NCBI RefSeq assembly: GCF_009914755.1 | Contig: NC_060927.1 | Length of the DNA stretch: 64,000 nucleotides | Strand: one strand, 5' to 3' | Source: the human T2T-CHM13v2.0 reference genome, Homo sapiens | Shown here: in pieces, positions 1 through 15,765 of the stretch | How the letters are laid out: every line of letters starts with the position of its first letter | Position numbering within the stretch: position 1 is the first letter of the stretch | Notes under the pieces: generated by a model | The model's database searches: none | Seen by the model: the letters and a program-made list of their open reading frames with translations, nothing else | What the model was told of the DNA's origin: nothing | Made by a program: the position numbers and the translations under genes

Positions 1-797
1 CAAAGGATATGAATAGACATTTCTCAAAAGAAGACATTTATGCAGCCAACAAACATATGAAAAAAAGCTCATCATCACTGGTCATTAGAGAAATGCAAAT
101 CAAAACCCAGTGTGATACCATCTCATGCCAGTTAGAATGGTGATCATTAAAAAGTGAGGAAACAACAGATGCTGGAGAGGATGTGGAGAAATAGGAATGC
201 TTTTACACTGTTGGTGGGAGTGTAAATTAGTTCACCTGTGGAAGTCAGTGTGGTGATTCCTCAAGGATCTAGAACCAGAAATACCATTTGACCCAGTAAT
301 CCCATTACTGGGTGTATACCCAAAGGATTATAAATCATTCTACTGTAAAGATGTGCACACGTATGTTTATTGCAGCACTATTCACAATAGCAAAGACTTG
401 GAACCAACCCAAATGTTCGTCAGTAATAGACTGGATAAAGAAAATGTGGCACATATATACCATGGAATACTATGCAGCCATAAAAAAGAATGAGTTCATG
501 TCCTTTGCAGGGACATGGATGAAACTGGAAACCATCATTCTCAGCAAACTAACACAGGAACAGAAAACCAAACACCGCATGTTCTCACTCATAAGTGGGA
601 GTTGAACAATGAGAACACCTGGACACGGGGAGGGGAACATCACACACCAGGGCCTGTCGGGGGATGGGGGGCAAGGGGAGGGATAGCATTAGGAGAAATA
701 CCTAATGTAGATGACGGGTTGATGGGTGCAGTGAACCACCATGTCACGTGTATACCTATGTAACAAACCTGCATGTTCTGCACATGTATCCCAAAAC
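1..797 (+). mobile_element. LINE-1 3' portion (L1PA7/8-like), cut by the window edge
   Basis: ORF2 C-terminus ([18 protein letters not shown]...RMFSLISGS*, stop at 603-605). The 3'UTR has a G-rich tract and ggagaaatacctaatgtagatgacgggttgatgggtgcag, typical of L1PA7/8. Confidence 0.9.
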
Positions 798-1875
798 ATG
801 TACCACACACACAAAAACACCAGTATTGACAGCCCAGCTACAGAGCAGACAAGAATCAAATTAGCATTCTTTAATGTACACGGATCCTGCGACGATACCT
901 AATTCACTGCTATAAATGGACTTGTTTCCTCATTCCCCAAAGCTTTACTGTGCCTTTGTGAGGCTCCAACGATGGAGAGATTGGCTGTGTCTCTTTGATG
1001 ACTCATTTAATTCCCAGTTTCATGAGTGGAATGCACAAGTCCAAGCAGGGGTGAGGTGCAGATTCTGACTAACGAATGGAAATAATTGAAACATTACGAG
1101 TGATTTCAGTGACACCTTTCTACCACTCATGGCTGCAGGCGGGTGGGCAGCAGTGACCTTCACTGTGTGTGTGGGAGTGAGGACCAAACGGGATGGCCCT
1201 ACTAGTATGTATGCCCAAGGAGAGCTGAGTAATTTCCCCAGGGACTGAGGATTTATTAAATATTGGAATCCTGACAAGCTCCCTCTCTGTGTCTCTGGTA
1301 CTACGCTCTTCCCAGAGATGACCTTGGCTACACTGAGACTGCACTTAGCTTGCACTTTGAAAATGGAGCTTTCATTTAAATGCCTTGTCTCCTTGTGGCG
1401 CAGGAAGGTTGGATTTTCAAGAACTTTCCATCTCTGTCCCCCTGTCTGTTACTGGAGAGCAGTATGTAGTGCCAGCAGCCCTGTTGTACCTACAGGCATG
1501 AGTGTCTGAGTAGAGCTCTGGCTTAGTCCTAATAATTGAAACCATTTCGAGTTCTAGCATCTTGTGCACAGAGCTGTCTCTGTTCTCAAAACGAGAATGG
1601 AGGGCCTTGTCTTGAGGGTTTGGGCTTTGAGTAGCTGCCTCAACTCCATGTGGTTGGTAGACTGTGATCAGCATAGGACCTGAGGTGTTGGTTTTGTTGT
1701 TGGTTTTGGTCTAGCCTGCAGCATCATTTTTACACGAAGCAAAGGTTCCCTAAACTGAATTTTATACCCTGTGTTTTCAGTGGTAGGGGCCAGCCTAGGC
1801 TAGTTCCACCTGTAGAGAATTCCAACAGTGATTTCTTTGATACAACTAAGCATAAGTGAAACCAACAAAGATGAC

Positions 1876-1895
1876 TTGTTTGTTTGTTTGTTTGT

Positions 1896-1926
<31 letters not shown>

Positions 1927-2210
1927 TTTGAGACGGAGTCTTGTTCTGTTGCCCAGGCTGGAGTGCAGTGGTGCGATCTCTGCTCACTACAAGCTCTGCC
2001 TCCTGGGTTCACGCCATTCTCCTGCCTCAGCCTCCTGAGTAGCTGGAACTACAGGTGCTCGCCACCACGCCCAGCTAATTTTTTGCATTTTTAGTAGAGA
2101 CGGGGTTTCACCATGTTAGCGAGGATGGTCTCGATCTCCTGACCTCATGATCCGCCCTCCTCGGCCTCCCAAAGTGCTGGGATTACAGGCGTGAGCCACC
2201 GCGCCTGGCC
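1876..2210 (-). mobile_element. AluY-like SINE with (TTTG)n(TTTA)n tail
   Basis: Full antisense dimer. AluY-type motifs ggttcacgccattctcc and gttagc.aggatggtctcgatctcc are present. The tail has become a compound microsatellite at 1876-1929. Confidence 0.92.
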
Positions 2211-2915
2211 TGTTCGTTCATTTAATACATATTTATTAAGCACCTATGAGTCTTGGACCCAAGCTCTTTGCTGGTGGGGAGTAGGCAGAAACCCAAAGAA
2301 GTTCCTGTATTCATTAAAGTTCTAATGTAGTGTAGGGGGGACAGAAATGTGAGGGCCTGAACACTGTACTAAAAGAGGGAGAGTAAAGGAGTGTAGTCAG
2401 GGCAGGCCTCAGGGAGGAGGTGACATGAAAGCCTAGACTTGATTCCCCGCCACAGTTTGGAGCATGCCTGCCACGCAGCCTCATACAGTTTCCCCCTCAA
2501 GTTTAGCAATAACAACCCTTCCCGACTCTGTTCTCTCTTGTGCCCTTTGATCTCTTGCCTTTGAGCCTTTGCTTTGCTGTTCCCTCTGCATCATTCATTC
2601 CCTCTCGCCATCACCTTTCTTAGCTAACGATTCCTCCTCCTTTTTGGGTCTCAGCTTAGGCATCCCTTCCTCTGGGAAATGCCTTTAATGCTCAAGTCTA
2701 GGATGGAGCCCACTCCTGGAAACTGCCCACACACTCCATACTTCCCTTGCTATGGTGTTGAGCATACTACTTTCTTGCTTTTTTCCTTTATGAGGCTGTG
2801 AACTCCCAGAGAATGAGGACTGTGGCTATACTGTTTATTCCTCTGTCTTCAGCATCCACCCTAGAGGCTGGCACACTGGTTTGTGTTTATTGAATGGCAT
2901 CATGTGCAAATGAGT
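2211..2915. mobile_element. Degraded L2 fragments
   Basis: ttcatttaatacatatttattaagcacc... (L2 3' end, minus strand) and gaggctgtgaactcc...ggctggcaca...tattgaatg (L2 3' end, plus strand). Confidence 0.55.
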
Positions 2916-5638
2916 GCTGGCTGAGGCCCTGGCTCCTAAACAACCTGGAGTGGAGAGGAGGAGGACAGCACCATGGGGAAGTGTGGGAAGCCGACAGTGT
3001 CCACAGGTGATTCACTCATCTCCATTAGGCATAAGGCGATGTTGAGCAAAACAGTATCAGGAACAGGGCCCCTGCCCTCCCTTGCCACTTGGAAGCCATG
3101 ATTTATGGCACAGGAAGGCATCACTATATTTTTATGTAGATTCTTGCACATTTTGTGACTCAGTATCTTTTCCACTGTGTATCCAGATTGCCGAAAAACA
3201 CAAGGCTACCTGCCTGTGTCAGACCACGTGGGAGCTAGGTATAGAGGCCTGGTGAACCCTCCCGGTGGCAGAGTGGATCATGAGGGGGAGGAAGTGCTGG
3301 GCTCTGAGGGGTGCAGGCAGACCCCAGAGCGCACTCAAACATGGCAGCTCTGTAATGAGGTGATCCTTCATTCCTTAAACTGCTGAGCGAGAGCTGTGCG
3401 AACAGATGTGTGCCCACCATGGTCACGTGGAACACCTCAGAGAGCCACAGAAAGGCCAGTTGGTGCGGTTATGTTTTATTGATGTCTTCCTGCCTCTGCA
3501 CATTCTTGCTGGGAATAAATAAATTATATTTTATTGTATAGAATTAAAGCTGAAAATGATACAGCTTAAGCTCTGTATTCATGCAGAATATTAGGAGGTG
3601 AGCTGGATCTGAATCAGTGGCATTTCCTGGCAGTTAAGAATGGATGTTCAGTCTCCGTGGGTTTGATGTGACCAGTTGACAGGAAGTTCTACTGCATTGT
3701 ACTGACAGGAGTTAACACTGCTCAGCAGATAGCACAGAGTGGAGGCTTCCTTATGTGTGTTAAAGCAAAGTGTTCATTGCTCCCTCTCTCCCGACATTTA
3801 TAAAATTAAAAAGATAGTTTATTGCTTAAGTGGTCTCAGCAAATCAAAGCATGACTAACCACAGCAGTGATGACAACAAAGTGTATACTGACATAGAAGG
3901 CTCTTCATCACATAATTTGTAAAAGGCACTTCTTCATAAAATGGAAAACATATGACAGAATTCCAGTTTGTTAAAATGCATGTTGAACGCTGAGAAAAAA
4001 AATATTAAGCTAGGGGGTTTTGCAGGGTAGGTGGGAATGGAGAGTTGGTGGAATTGTCACTGAATTTTCTATGTCAAATATCTGTAATGTTTTTCAATGA
4101 ATATTTATTAGTTTTTTAATAAATTAACATAGGTATAGAGATGCTTTGGAATTGAATAAATACAAGCTCATGATGCCACTTTATAAGACTAAGTTGACAT
4201 GCTAAGAGGCCCTTGGATAGTAGCCATTAGCCAGCAACAAACCATCAGGTGTGAGGAAAGATGCGTCAAGGTAGAGACACCAGAGTACTATGTGGATCAT
4301 TCTGGTGCTCCAGCACCCTCATGAGGGGTCAATGTACTTGTGGAGTTGAGGAATGGAAACTTAGAAGTCTTCATGTTACTATCACGTAGACTTCTAGACA
4401 TCTAGTCTGATCTAGGAAAAGAAGTGACTGTATTCAGTGATGTTACTGTCCTTGTGATTCTTAAGTCACCAGGCTATGTGCTGGGCTCTGGGTATGCAAT
4501 GAGCTTCATGAATTTACAGTGTAGTGAGAAGACATTAAAGCAGATACATATATAAGTGTATTACAAGTTGTGATAAGTATTATGAGAAAGAGCACAGGTT
4601 TCAATGTGAGAGAATAAAAGACATCACTTTCTGTAGGAATTAGCCCTCTAAGAAGAACATACACTTTTAGTTTTCGCTTTGTTTTTTTTTTTGTCATCAA
4701 ATACAGTCATTATTAGTTGAATCACAAACCCTATCATAGTAGTTAGCATTGTTTGTGCTTGTAGATAATAAAAGTCTGTTATCAAATAGGAAGAAATACA
4801 TGAGAAATAGGTCTTTATTCTTGAGGGTACATTTCCCTTTTGATGAAGCAGTTTCGTACTTTACATGATCCTAAAAGGATTTTTACTTTAAAAACAAAGA
4901 AGGAGAGATTGATTTGAGTTTTGAGCCAGCAGGACTTTGAAATGTGATTATAATTATAGGATACAAATTGCAGAATTTTAGTGAGAAGTAATGTTGTCCA
5001 AAGAGAATTGATAGGGAAGGTGGTGTCAGTGAAGCAGAAAAGATGCCAGTCCTGTTTTCCCAAGTTCTACTTTCTGATCCTGGCAGGGACAGCAGTGGTG
5101 GACTGCCCTGGGGTAAAATCCCTGCCCTCTGTAGGGTCAGAATTCTTTTTCTAAATGGGAAGAGATAGACTTTAAGGGTCCTCCCTCCATGGATATCTCC
5201 TGATGCTGTGAAATGTTTTTGGTCGCAGAATATAATGTGAAGTTGCATATCTGCACTCTTTTAGCAGAGTATTAAACATGAGAACAAGATATTTAATGGG
5301 CAAATGTTTTGAGCTTAGATACCTAACAGAGCAGATAAAATTCTTCAGGAAGTATTAATAACAAGAGGAAGAAATTGCTTTAGAGGCTTACTCTGTGTTT
5401 CTGGCTTTCATTGTAGTGTGATATTCTGGGGATATGATTTAATTGGTGAGGTCAGAAAGCAAGTGCAATGTGTGTGTGTGTAATTGCACAAGTTGGGATA
5501 CATCACTGGTGAATCACATTCCCTTTGTCCGCTCAAAACCTGATAACGACAGTGTTGTTCTTGACCTTCTGACACCAGAGGTGTTTCTCTGTGTAGATAG
5601 AGGAAGAGGCTGCTGATTTTTTTTAAACTACTCCTCTG

Positions 5639-5917
5639 TCCCAGCACTTTGGGAGGCCGAGGCAGGTGAATCACTTGAGGTCAGGAGCTCGAGACCATCC
5701 TGGTCAACATGGTGAAACCCCGTCTCTACTAAAAATACAAAAATTAGCTGAGTGTGGAGTGCGTGGCTGTAGTCCCAGCTACTCAGGAGGCTGAGGCACG
5801 GGAATTGCTTGAACACAGGAGAAGGAGGTTGCATTGAGCCGAGATTGCACCGCTGCACTCCAGCCTGGGCGACACAGTGAGACTCCATCTCAAAAAACAA
5901 AAAACAAAAACAAAACA
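5639..5917 (+). mobile_element. AluS (Sx/Sz-like), slightly 5'-truncated
   Basis: Starts at tcccagcactttggg. TSD aaactactcctctg (5625-5638) / aaactactactctg (5918-5931), at a TTTT/AA endonuclease site. Confidence 0.92.
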
Positions 5918-5988
5918 AAACTACTACTCTGATATATGTACTTACATATTAAAACCTTTTTCCCTTTTAAATGGTTAAAATATTTAAG

Positions 5989-6146
5989 CTAATGCTAAAT
6001 GACGAGTTAATGGGTGCAGCACACCAACATGGCACATGTATACATATGTAACAAACCTGCAAATTGTGCACATGCACCCTAAAACTTAAAGTATAATAAT
6101 AATAAAAAATAAAATTAAATTAAAAAAATTAAAAAAATTAAATAAA
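5989..6146 (+). mobile_element. Severely 5'-truncated L1PA3/4-like 3' end (~105 nt plus A-rich tail)
   Basis: ctaatgctaaatgacgagttaatgggtgcagcacacc...aaaacttaaagtataataataataaaaa followed by an A/T-rich tail. Confidence 0.9.
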
Positions 6147-6229
6147 ATGGTACAATTAAGTTTTGTACTGATGTTAATCTTATAGTTTTATAGGTTAGTT
6201 TTAATTTTATATTTGTAATATATTATATA

Positions 6230-6770
6230 TTTTAGCTTTGTATTTGTTATATTGACAAATATACCACAATAACATATAATGTTAACTTTAGGAGAAGTTG
6301 GGTGAAGGGTATATGGGAACTCTATTCCCTTTACAGCTTTTCTGTAAATCTAGAATTATTTCAAATTCAATCTACTAAAGGAAAAATCGTATTAAAATGT
6401 CTTAATTTTAAGGATGACATCTAATATACTCTGAACAGTAAACATCTCTGTCTTGATGAACAGTGTGAGAATAAAGTGTAAAAAATGAATTTTGGTGGAA
6501 TAGAGCTCCTTCGGTACCAGTACTTCTTAATAAAAATAGTCGTCCAATTACCTGCTGCAATAATTTTCTTAAAATCAGGATCAGAGACGGATATTCATTG
6601 CAGCATTGTTTACAAGAATAAAAGATGTTCTAAAATAAGGGATTGGCTAAATAAATGACACCTCTTCAGTATCCTGGAATGCTATAAAGCAATAACAATG
6701 ATGATGTCCAATGTATTTGACATTAATAGTGCTTTCGATATGTGGAAAAGTATGTCATAAAGGAGTATAT
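6230..6770 (+). mobile_element. Old L1M (L1MC/ME-like) remnants that host the younger L1PA insertions
   Basis: gggtgaagggtatatgggaactct...tttctgtaaatctagaattatttcaaa and atattcattgcagcattgttt resemble L1M 3' regions. Similar sequence resumes after 12913. Confidence 0.5.
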
Positions 6771-7226
6771 AAATATATACCTACGAAGATGGCCGAATAG
6801 GAACAGCTCTGGTCTACAGCTCCCAGCATGAGCGATGCAGAAGACGGGTGATTTCTGCATTTCCATCTGAGGTACCGGGTTCATCTTACTAGGGAGTGCC
6901 AGACAGTGGGTGCAGGACAGTGGGTGCAGCGCACCGTGCGCGAGCCGAAGCAGGACGAGGCATTGTCTCACTCGGGAAGCGCAAGGGGTCAGGGAGTTCC
7001 CTTTCCTAGTCAAAGAAAGGGGTGACAGACGGCACCTGGAAAATCGGGTCACTCCCACCCTAATACTGTGCTTTTCCAACGGGCTTAAAAAACGGCACAC
7101 CAGGAGATTATATTCCTCACCTGGCTCGGAGGGTCCTACGCCCACGAAGTCTCGCTGATAGCTAGCACAGCAGTCTGAGATCAAACTGCAAGGCGGCAGC
7201 GAGGCTGGGGGAGGGTCGCCTGCCAT
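6723..7226 (-). CDS. L1 ORF0 homologue, open and extended to 167 aa (putative)
   Basis: ATG at 7226-7224 in context ggaATGG. MAGDPPPASLPPCSLISDCCASYQRDFVGVGPSEPG...IRVGVTRFSRC matches L1 ORF0. There is no stop until 6725-6723, outside the element. Expression is unknown. Confidence 0.5.
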   Translation of the reverse strand: MAGDPPPASLPPCSLISDCCASYQRDFVGVGPSEPGEEYNLLVCRFLSPLEKHSIRVGVTRFSRCRLSPLSLTRKGNSLTPCASRVRQCLVLLRLAHGALHPLSCTHCLALPSKMNPVPQMEMQKSPVFCIAHAGSCRPELFLFGHLRRYIFIYSFMTYFSTYRKHY

Positions 7227-7801
7227 TCCCCAGGCTTGATTAGGTAAACAAAACAGCCGGGAAGCTCGAACTGGGTGGAGCCCACCACAGCTCAAGGAGG
7301 CCTGCCTGCCTCTGTAGGCTCCACCTCTGGGGGCAGGGCACAGACAAACAAAAAGACAGCAGTAACCTCTGCAGACTTAAATGTCCCTGTCTGACAGCTT
7401 TTAAGAGAGTAGTGGTTCTCCCAGCACACAGCTGGAGATCTGAGAATGGACAGACTGCCTCCTCAAGTGGGTCCCTGACCCCCGAGCAGCCTAACTGGGA
7501 GGCACCCCCCAGTAGGGGCAGACAGACACATCACACGGCCGGGAACTCCTCTGAGACAAAACTTCCAGAGGAAGATCAGGCAGCAGCATTTGCGGTTCAC
7601 CAAAATCCGCTGTTCTGCAGCCAGCGCTGCTGATACCCTGGCAAACAGGGTCTGGAGTGGACCTCTAGCACACTTCAACAGACCTGCAGCTGAGGGTCCT
7701 GTCTGGTAGAAGGAAAACTAACAAACAGAAAGGACATCCACACCAAAAACCCATCTGTACGTCACCATCATCAAAGACCAAAAGTAGATAAAACCACAAA
7801 G
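6785..7801 (+). promoter_or_regulatory. L1 5'UTR internal bidirectional promoter (sense promoter plus antisense promoter)
   Basis: YY1 core AAGATGGCC at 6786-6794. CpGs are relatively retained, and SOX-type AACAAA motifs lie near 7247 and 7347. Promoter function is known for the family; activity of this copy is not shown. Confidence 0.7.
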
Positions 7802-8816
7802 ATGGGGAAAAAACAGAGCAGAAAAACTGGAAACTCTAAAAAGCAGAGTGCCTCTCCTCCTCCAAAGGAATGCAGCTCCTCACCAGCAACGGAACAAAGC
7901 TGGATGGAGAATGACTTTGACGAGTTGAGAGAAGAAGGCTTCAGACGATCAAACTACTCCGAGCTACAGGAGGAAATTCAAACCAATGGCAAAGAAGTTA
8001 AAAACTTTGAAAAAAAATTAGAGGAATGTATAACTAGAATAACCAATGCAGAGAAGTCCTTAAAGGAGCTGATGGAGCTGAAAGCCAAGGCTCGAGAACT
8101 ACGTGAAGAATGCAGAAGCCTCAGGAGCGGATGCGATCAACTGGAAGAAAGGGTATCAGCAATGGAAGATGAAATGAATGAAATGAAGTGAGAAGGGAAG
8201 TTTAGAGAAAAAAGAATAAAAAGAAACGAACAAAGCCTCCAAGAAATATGGAACTATGTGAAAAGACCAAATCTACGTCTGAATGGTGTACCTGATAGTG
8301 ATGGGGAGAATGGAACCAAGTTGGAAAACACTCTGCAGGATATTATCCAGGAGAACTTCCTCAATCTAGCAAGGCAGGCCAATATTCAGATTCAGGAAAT
8401 ACAGAGAACGCCACAAAGATATTCCTCGAGAAGAGCAACTCCAAGACACATAATTGTCAGATTCACCAAAGTTGAAATGAAGGAAAAAATGTTAAGGGCA
8501 GCCAGAGAGAAAGGTCAGGTTACCCACAAAGGGAAGCGCATCAGACTAACCGGATCTCTCGGCAGAAACTCTACAAGCCAGAAGAGAGTGGGGGCCAATA
8601 TTCAACATTCTTAAAGAAAAGAATTTTCAACCCAGAATTTCATATCCAGCCAAACTAAGCTTCGTAAGTGAAGGAGAAATAAAATACTTTACAGACAAGC
8701 AAATGCTGAGAGATTCTGTCACCACCAGGCCTGCCCTAAAAGAGCTCCTGAAAGAAGCACTAAACATGGAAAGGAACAACCAGTACCAGCCACTGCAAAA
8801 ACATGCCAAATTGAAA
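7802..8816 (+). pseudogene. L1 ORF1p, disrupted
   Basis: Starts MGKKQSRKTGNSK. Premature TGA at 8189-8191 (CpG decay of CGA), frameshift near 8550, and the normal stop is mutated (ttgaaa). Confidence 0.92.
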
Positions 8817-8879
8817 AGACCATCAAGGCTAGGAAGAAACTGCATCAACTAAAGAGCAAAATCACCAGCTAACATCATA

Positions 8880-12684
<3,805 letters not shown>

Positions 12685-13809
12685 ACAATGAGAACACACG
12701 GACACAGGAAGGGGAACATTCCACACCGGGGCCTGTTGTGGGGTAGCGGGGGGTGAGGGATAGCATTAGGAGATATACCTAATGCTAAATGACGAGTTAA
12801 TGGGTGCAGCACACCAACATGGCACATGTATACATATGTAACAACCCTGCACGTTGTGCACATGTACCCTAAAACTTAAAGTATAATAAAATAAAATAAA
12901 AATATGTACCTACATACACAGGATGGATGGAAAACATCGTGGCAGGTTGCATACCAAAATACAAATTGTTGCTTTTAACTAGCCTGTGGGTTATGAGTGA
13001 TCCTTATTTATATTTTGCTTATGTCAGTTTCCTACTTTACCTATCATGAACATATATTACTTGTTTAATAAAGAAAATAAAAATTCGTGTCTCCACCATC
13101 ACCACACAAATTTAAAAAGCAGTTGCAGGAATGATTAATATCCTTTTTCTCAGATAGGCAATTAAAATGGCATGTCCATATGTAAATATTGTCTAAATTT
13201 TGTCCCTTTAAAGTAACCCTTAAGGCTACTTTTTCTTGAAATGCATCATCTTTTTACCTGTTCCTTTGATTTTCATTCATATTGGTGAAAGCGCAAATCA
13301 CAGTTCATAGAACCTCTTGTCATTTTTGCTGTTGATGTTTGGTGGTAACTGAATTATCTGAGCCTGTAATCTTTTTTTTAAAAAAGGTAAGTGTTAATTA
13401 CTATGGACTAGGAAAAAGTGTGCCTCTCCCCAGCGAAACAGAACAGAGCCTGGCGGGAGCAGTTGGTTTTCTGAAACTTTTATTCATAATATATGCTATC
13501 TTTTTGATAAGATTTAGTGGTAGGCTTCTGACATTGCCTAGAACCCAAACTGTGATCGTGGAGCAGGTGATGTCTGGTGGACATAGTTACTCTAGGAATG
13601 GGAGTGCTGAACAGATTCGAAGTGTAGTCTAGGGAAGGAACATTTACATTGATTCACTCATTCATTCAACTATTGAGTAAATTTCTGTTACGTGCTGAAC
13701 ACTGTGCTAAACATTTTGAAATGTAACACTTACAATCCAGTAAGGGAGATAGCATGCAGATAATTAATGGTAAGTAATTATTGACCAAAAAAATAAAGTT
13801 GAAAAACAA

Positions 13810-15025
13810 CATTAGTTTGATGGAAAGCCCAGAAACAAACCCTCACAAATCTAGTCAGTTGATTTCCAGCAAGTGTGCCAAGACCTTTCGGTGGTAGAAA
13901 GAAAAATCTTTTCAACAAATGGTGTGGGGACAACTGCATAGCCACAGGCAAAAGAATGAAGTTGGACCCCTACCTCATACCATACACAAAAATGAGTCAA
14001 AAAACCTAAATGTTAGACCAAAGGCCCAAATTTAAGAGCTAAAACTGTAAAGCTCTTAGAAGAAAACATAGATGTCAAATTTCATGACCTTGGATTTGGC
14101 AATGAATTCTTAGATAATGACAGCAAAAGTATGAGGAATGAAATAAAAAATAAATACATTGGACTTCATAGAAATTAATTTTTTTGTGCTTTCAAGAACA
14201 CTATCAAGAAAGTGAAAGGTAACCTAGAGAAAGGGAGAAAATATTTAGAAATTATATCTGATAAAAGACTTGTTTCTAGAATATACCAAAAACCCTTACA
14301 GCTCAATAATAAAAAGACAACACAATTTAAAAATGAACAAAGGTTCTGAATAAACATATATCTTCAAAGAAGATACACAAATGGCCAATAAGTACATGAA
14401 AAAAAATCCTGAAATAATTTGCCTCAGTGAGATATAAATTAAAGCCACAGTCAGATAACAACACTTCACATCCACTAGGATGACTATAACCAAAAAGTCA
14501 GATACTAAGTGTTGGCAAGGATGTGGAGGAATCAGAACCCTCATATGTTGTTGGTGTGAATGTAAAATGGTATAGCTGCTGTGGGAAACAGTTCAGTAGT
14601 TCTACAAAAAGTTAAATATAGAGTTACCATCTGACCCAGCAATTTCATTCCTAGGTATACACTGCAAAAGAACAGAAAGAAGAGACTGAAATAGAGACTG
14701 GCACAACAATGTTCTTAGCAGGATTATCCACAATAGCCAAAGGTGGAAACAGCCCGAATGTGCATCAACAGATGAGTGAATTAATAAAATGTGATATATG
14801 CATACAATGGAATTTTCAACCATAAAAAGGAATGAATTTTTCATACATGCTACAACATGGATAAGCCTTGAAAACATAATGCAAAGTGAAATAAATCAGA
14901 CACAAAAGGACAAACATTGTGTGATTCTACTTATACGAAGTACCTGGAATAGGCGAATTCCTAGAGACAGAAAGTAGAATAGAGGTTACCAGGAACTGAG
15001 TGGAGGGGAGAATGGGGTATTATTT
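13810..15025 (+). mobile_element. Old L1 (L1MB-like) ORF2 end and 3'UTR
   Basis: agcccagaaacaaaccctcac...cttttcaacaaatggtg...agacagaaagtagaatagaggttaccagg. Confidence 0.8.
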
Positions 15026-15395
15026 TTTTATTTTCTTTTTTATTTCAGTAGGTTTTTGGGGAACAGGTGGTGTTTGGTTACATGAATAAGTTCTTTAGTG
15101 GTAATTTCTGAGAATTTGGTGCACCCATCACCTGAGCAGTATACACGGTACCCGATGTGTAGTCTTTTATCCCTCACCCACCTTACAACCTTTCCCCAGA
15201 GTCCCCATAGTCCATTATATCATTCTTATGCCTTTATGTCCTCATAGCTTAGCTCCCATTTATGAGTGAGAACATAATGATGTTTGGTTTTCTATTCCTG
15301 AGTTACTTCTCTTAGAATAATGATCTCCAGTTCCATCCAGGTTACTGTGAATGCCATTACTTCATTCCTTTTCATGACTGAGTAATATTCTATTA
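15026..15395 (-). mobile_element. L1PB1-like 3' end
   Basis: ttttggggaacaggtggtgtttggttacatg...gtgcacccatcacc. Homologous to 35731-36561. Confidence 0.82.
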
Positions 15396-15409
15396 TATAT
15401 ATATATATC

Positions 15410-15765
15410 AATATATCACATCCATGCAGTGGAATACTATTCAGTAATAAAAAGGAACAAGCTAGAGGCATACACAACACCCACAGATGAATCGCGAATG
15501 CATCATACTGAGTGAAAGAAGCTAGAATCAAAGGGCCACATTTATTTTTATTTATATGACATTCTGGAAGAGGCAGATCTGTTAGGACAGAGAATAGATC
15601 TGTGGTTGCCAGAGGTTTGGGTTGGGGAGTGATTGATTGCAAAGGGGCTCCTTGAGGGAATTTTCTGGAGTGATGAAACGGTTCTGCATCTTGATTGTGG
15701 TGGTGGTTACACAACTCTGCATTTATCAAAACAAATAAAATTGCACACCCAAAAGAGTGCATGCC
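15410..15765 (+). mobile_element. L1ME/MC-like 3' fragment
   Basis: ggaatactattcagtaataaaaaggaac...gtggttgccagagg...atcttgattgtggtggtggttacac. Confidence 0.7.
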
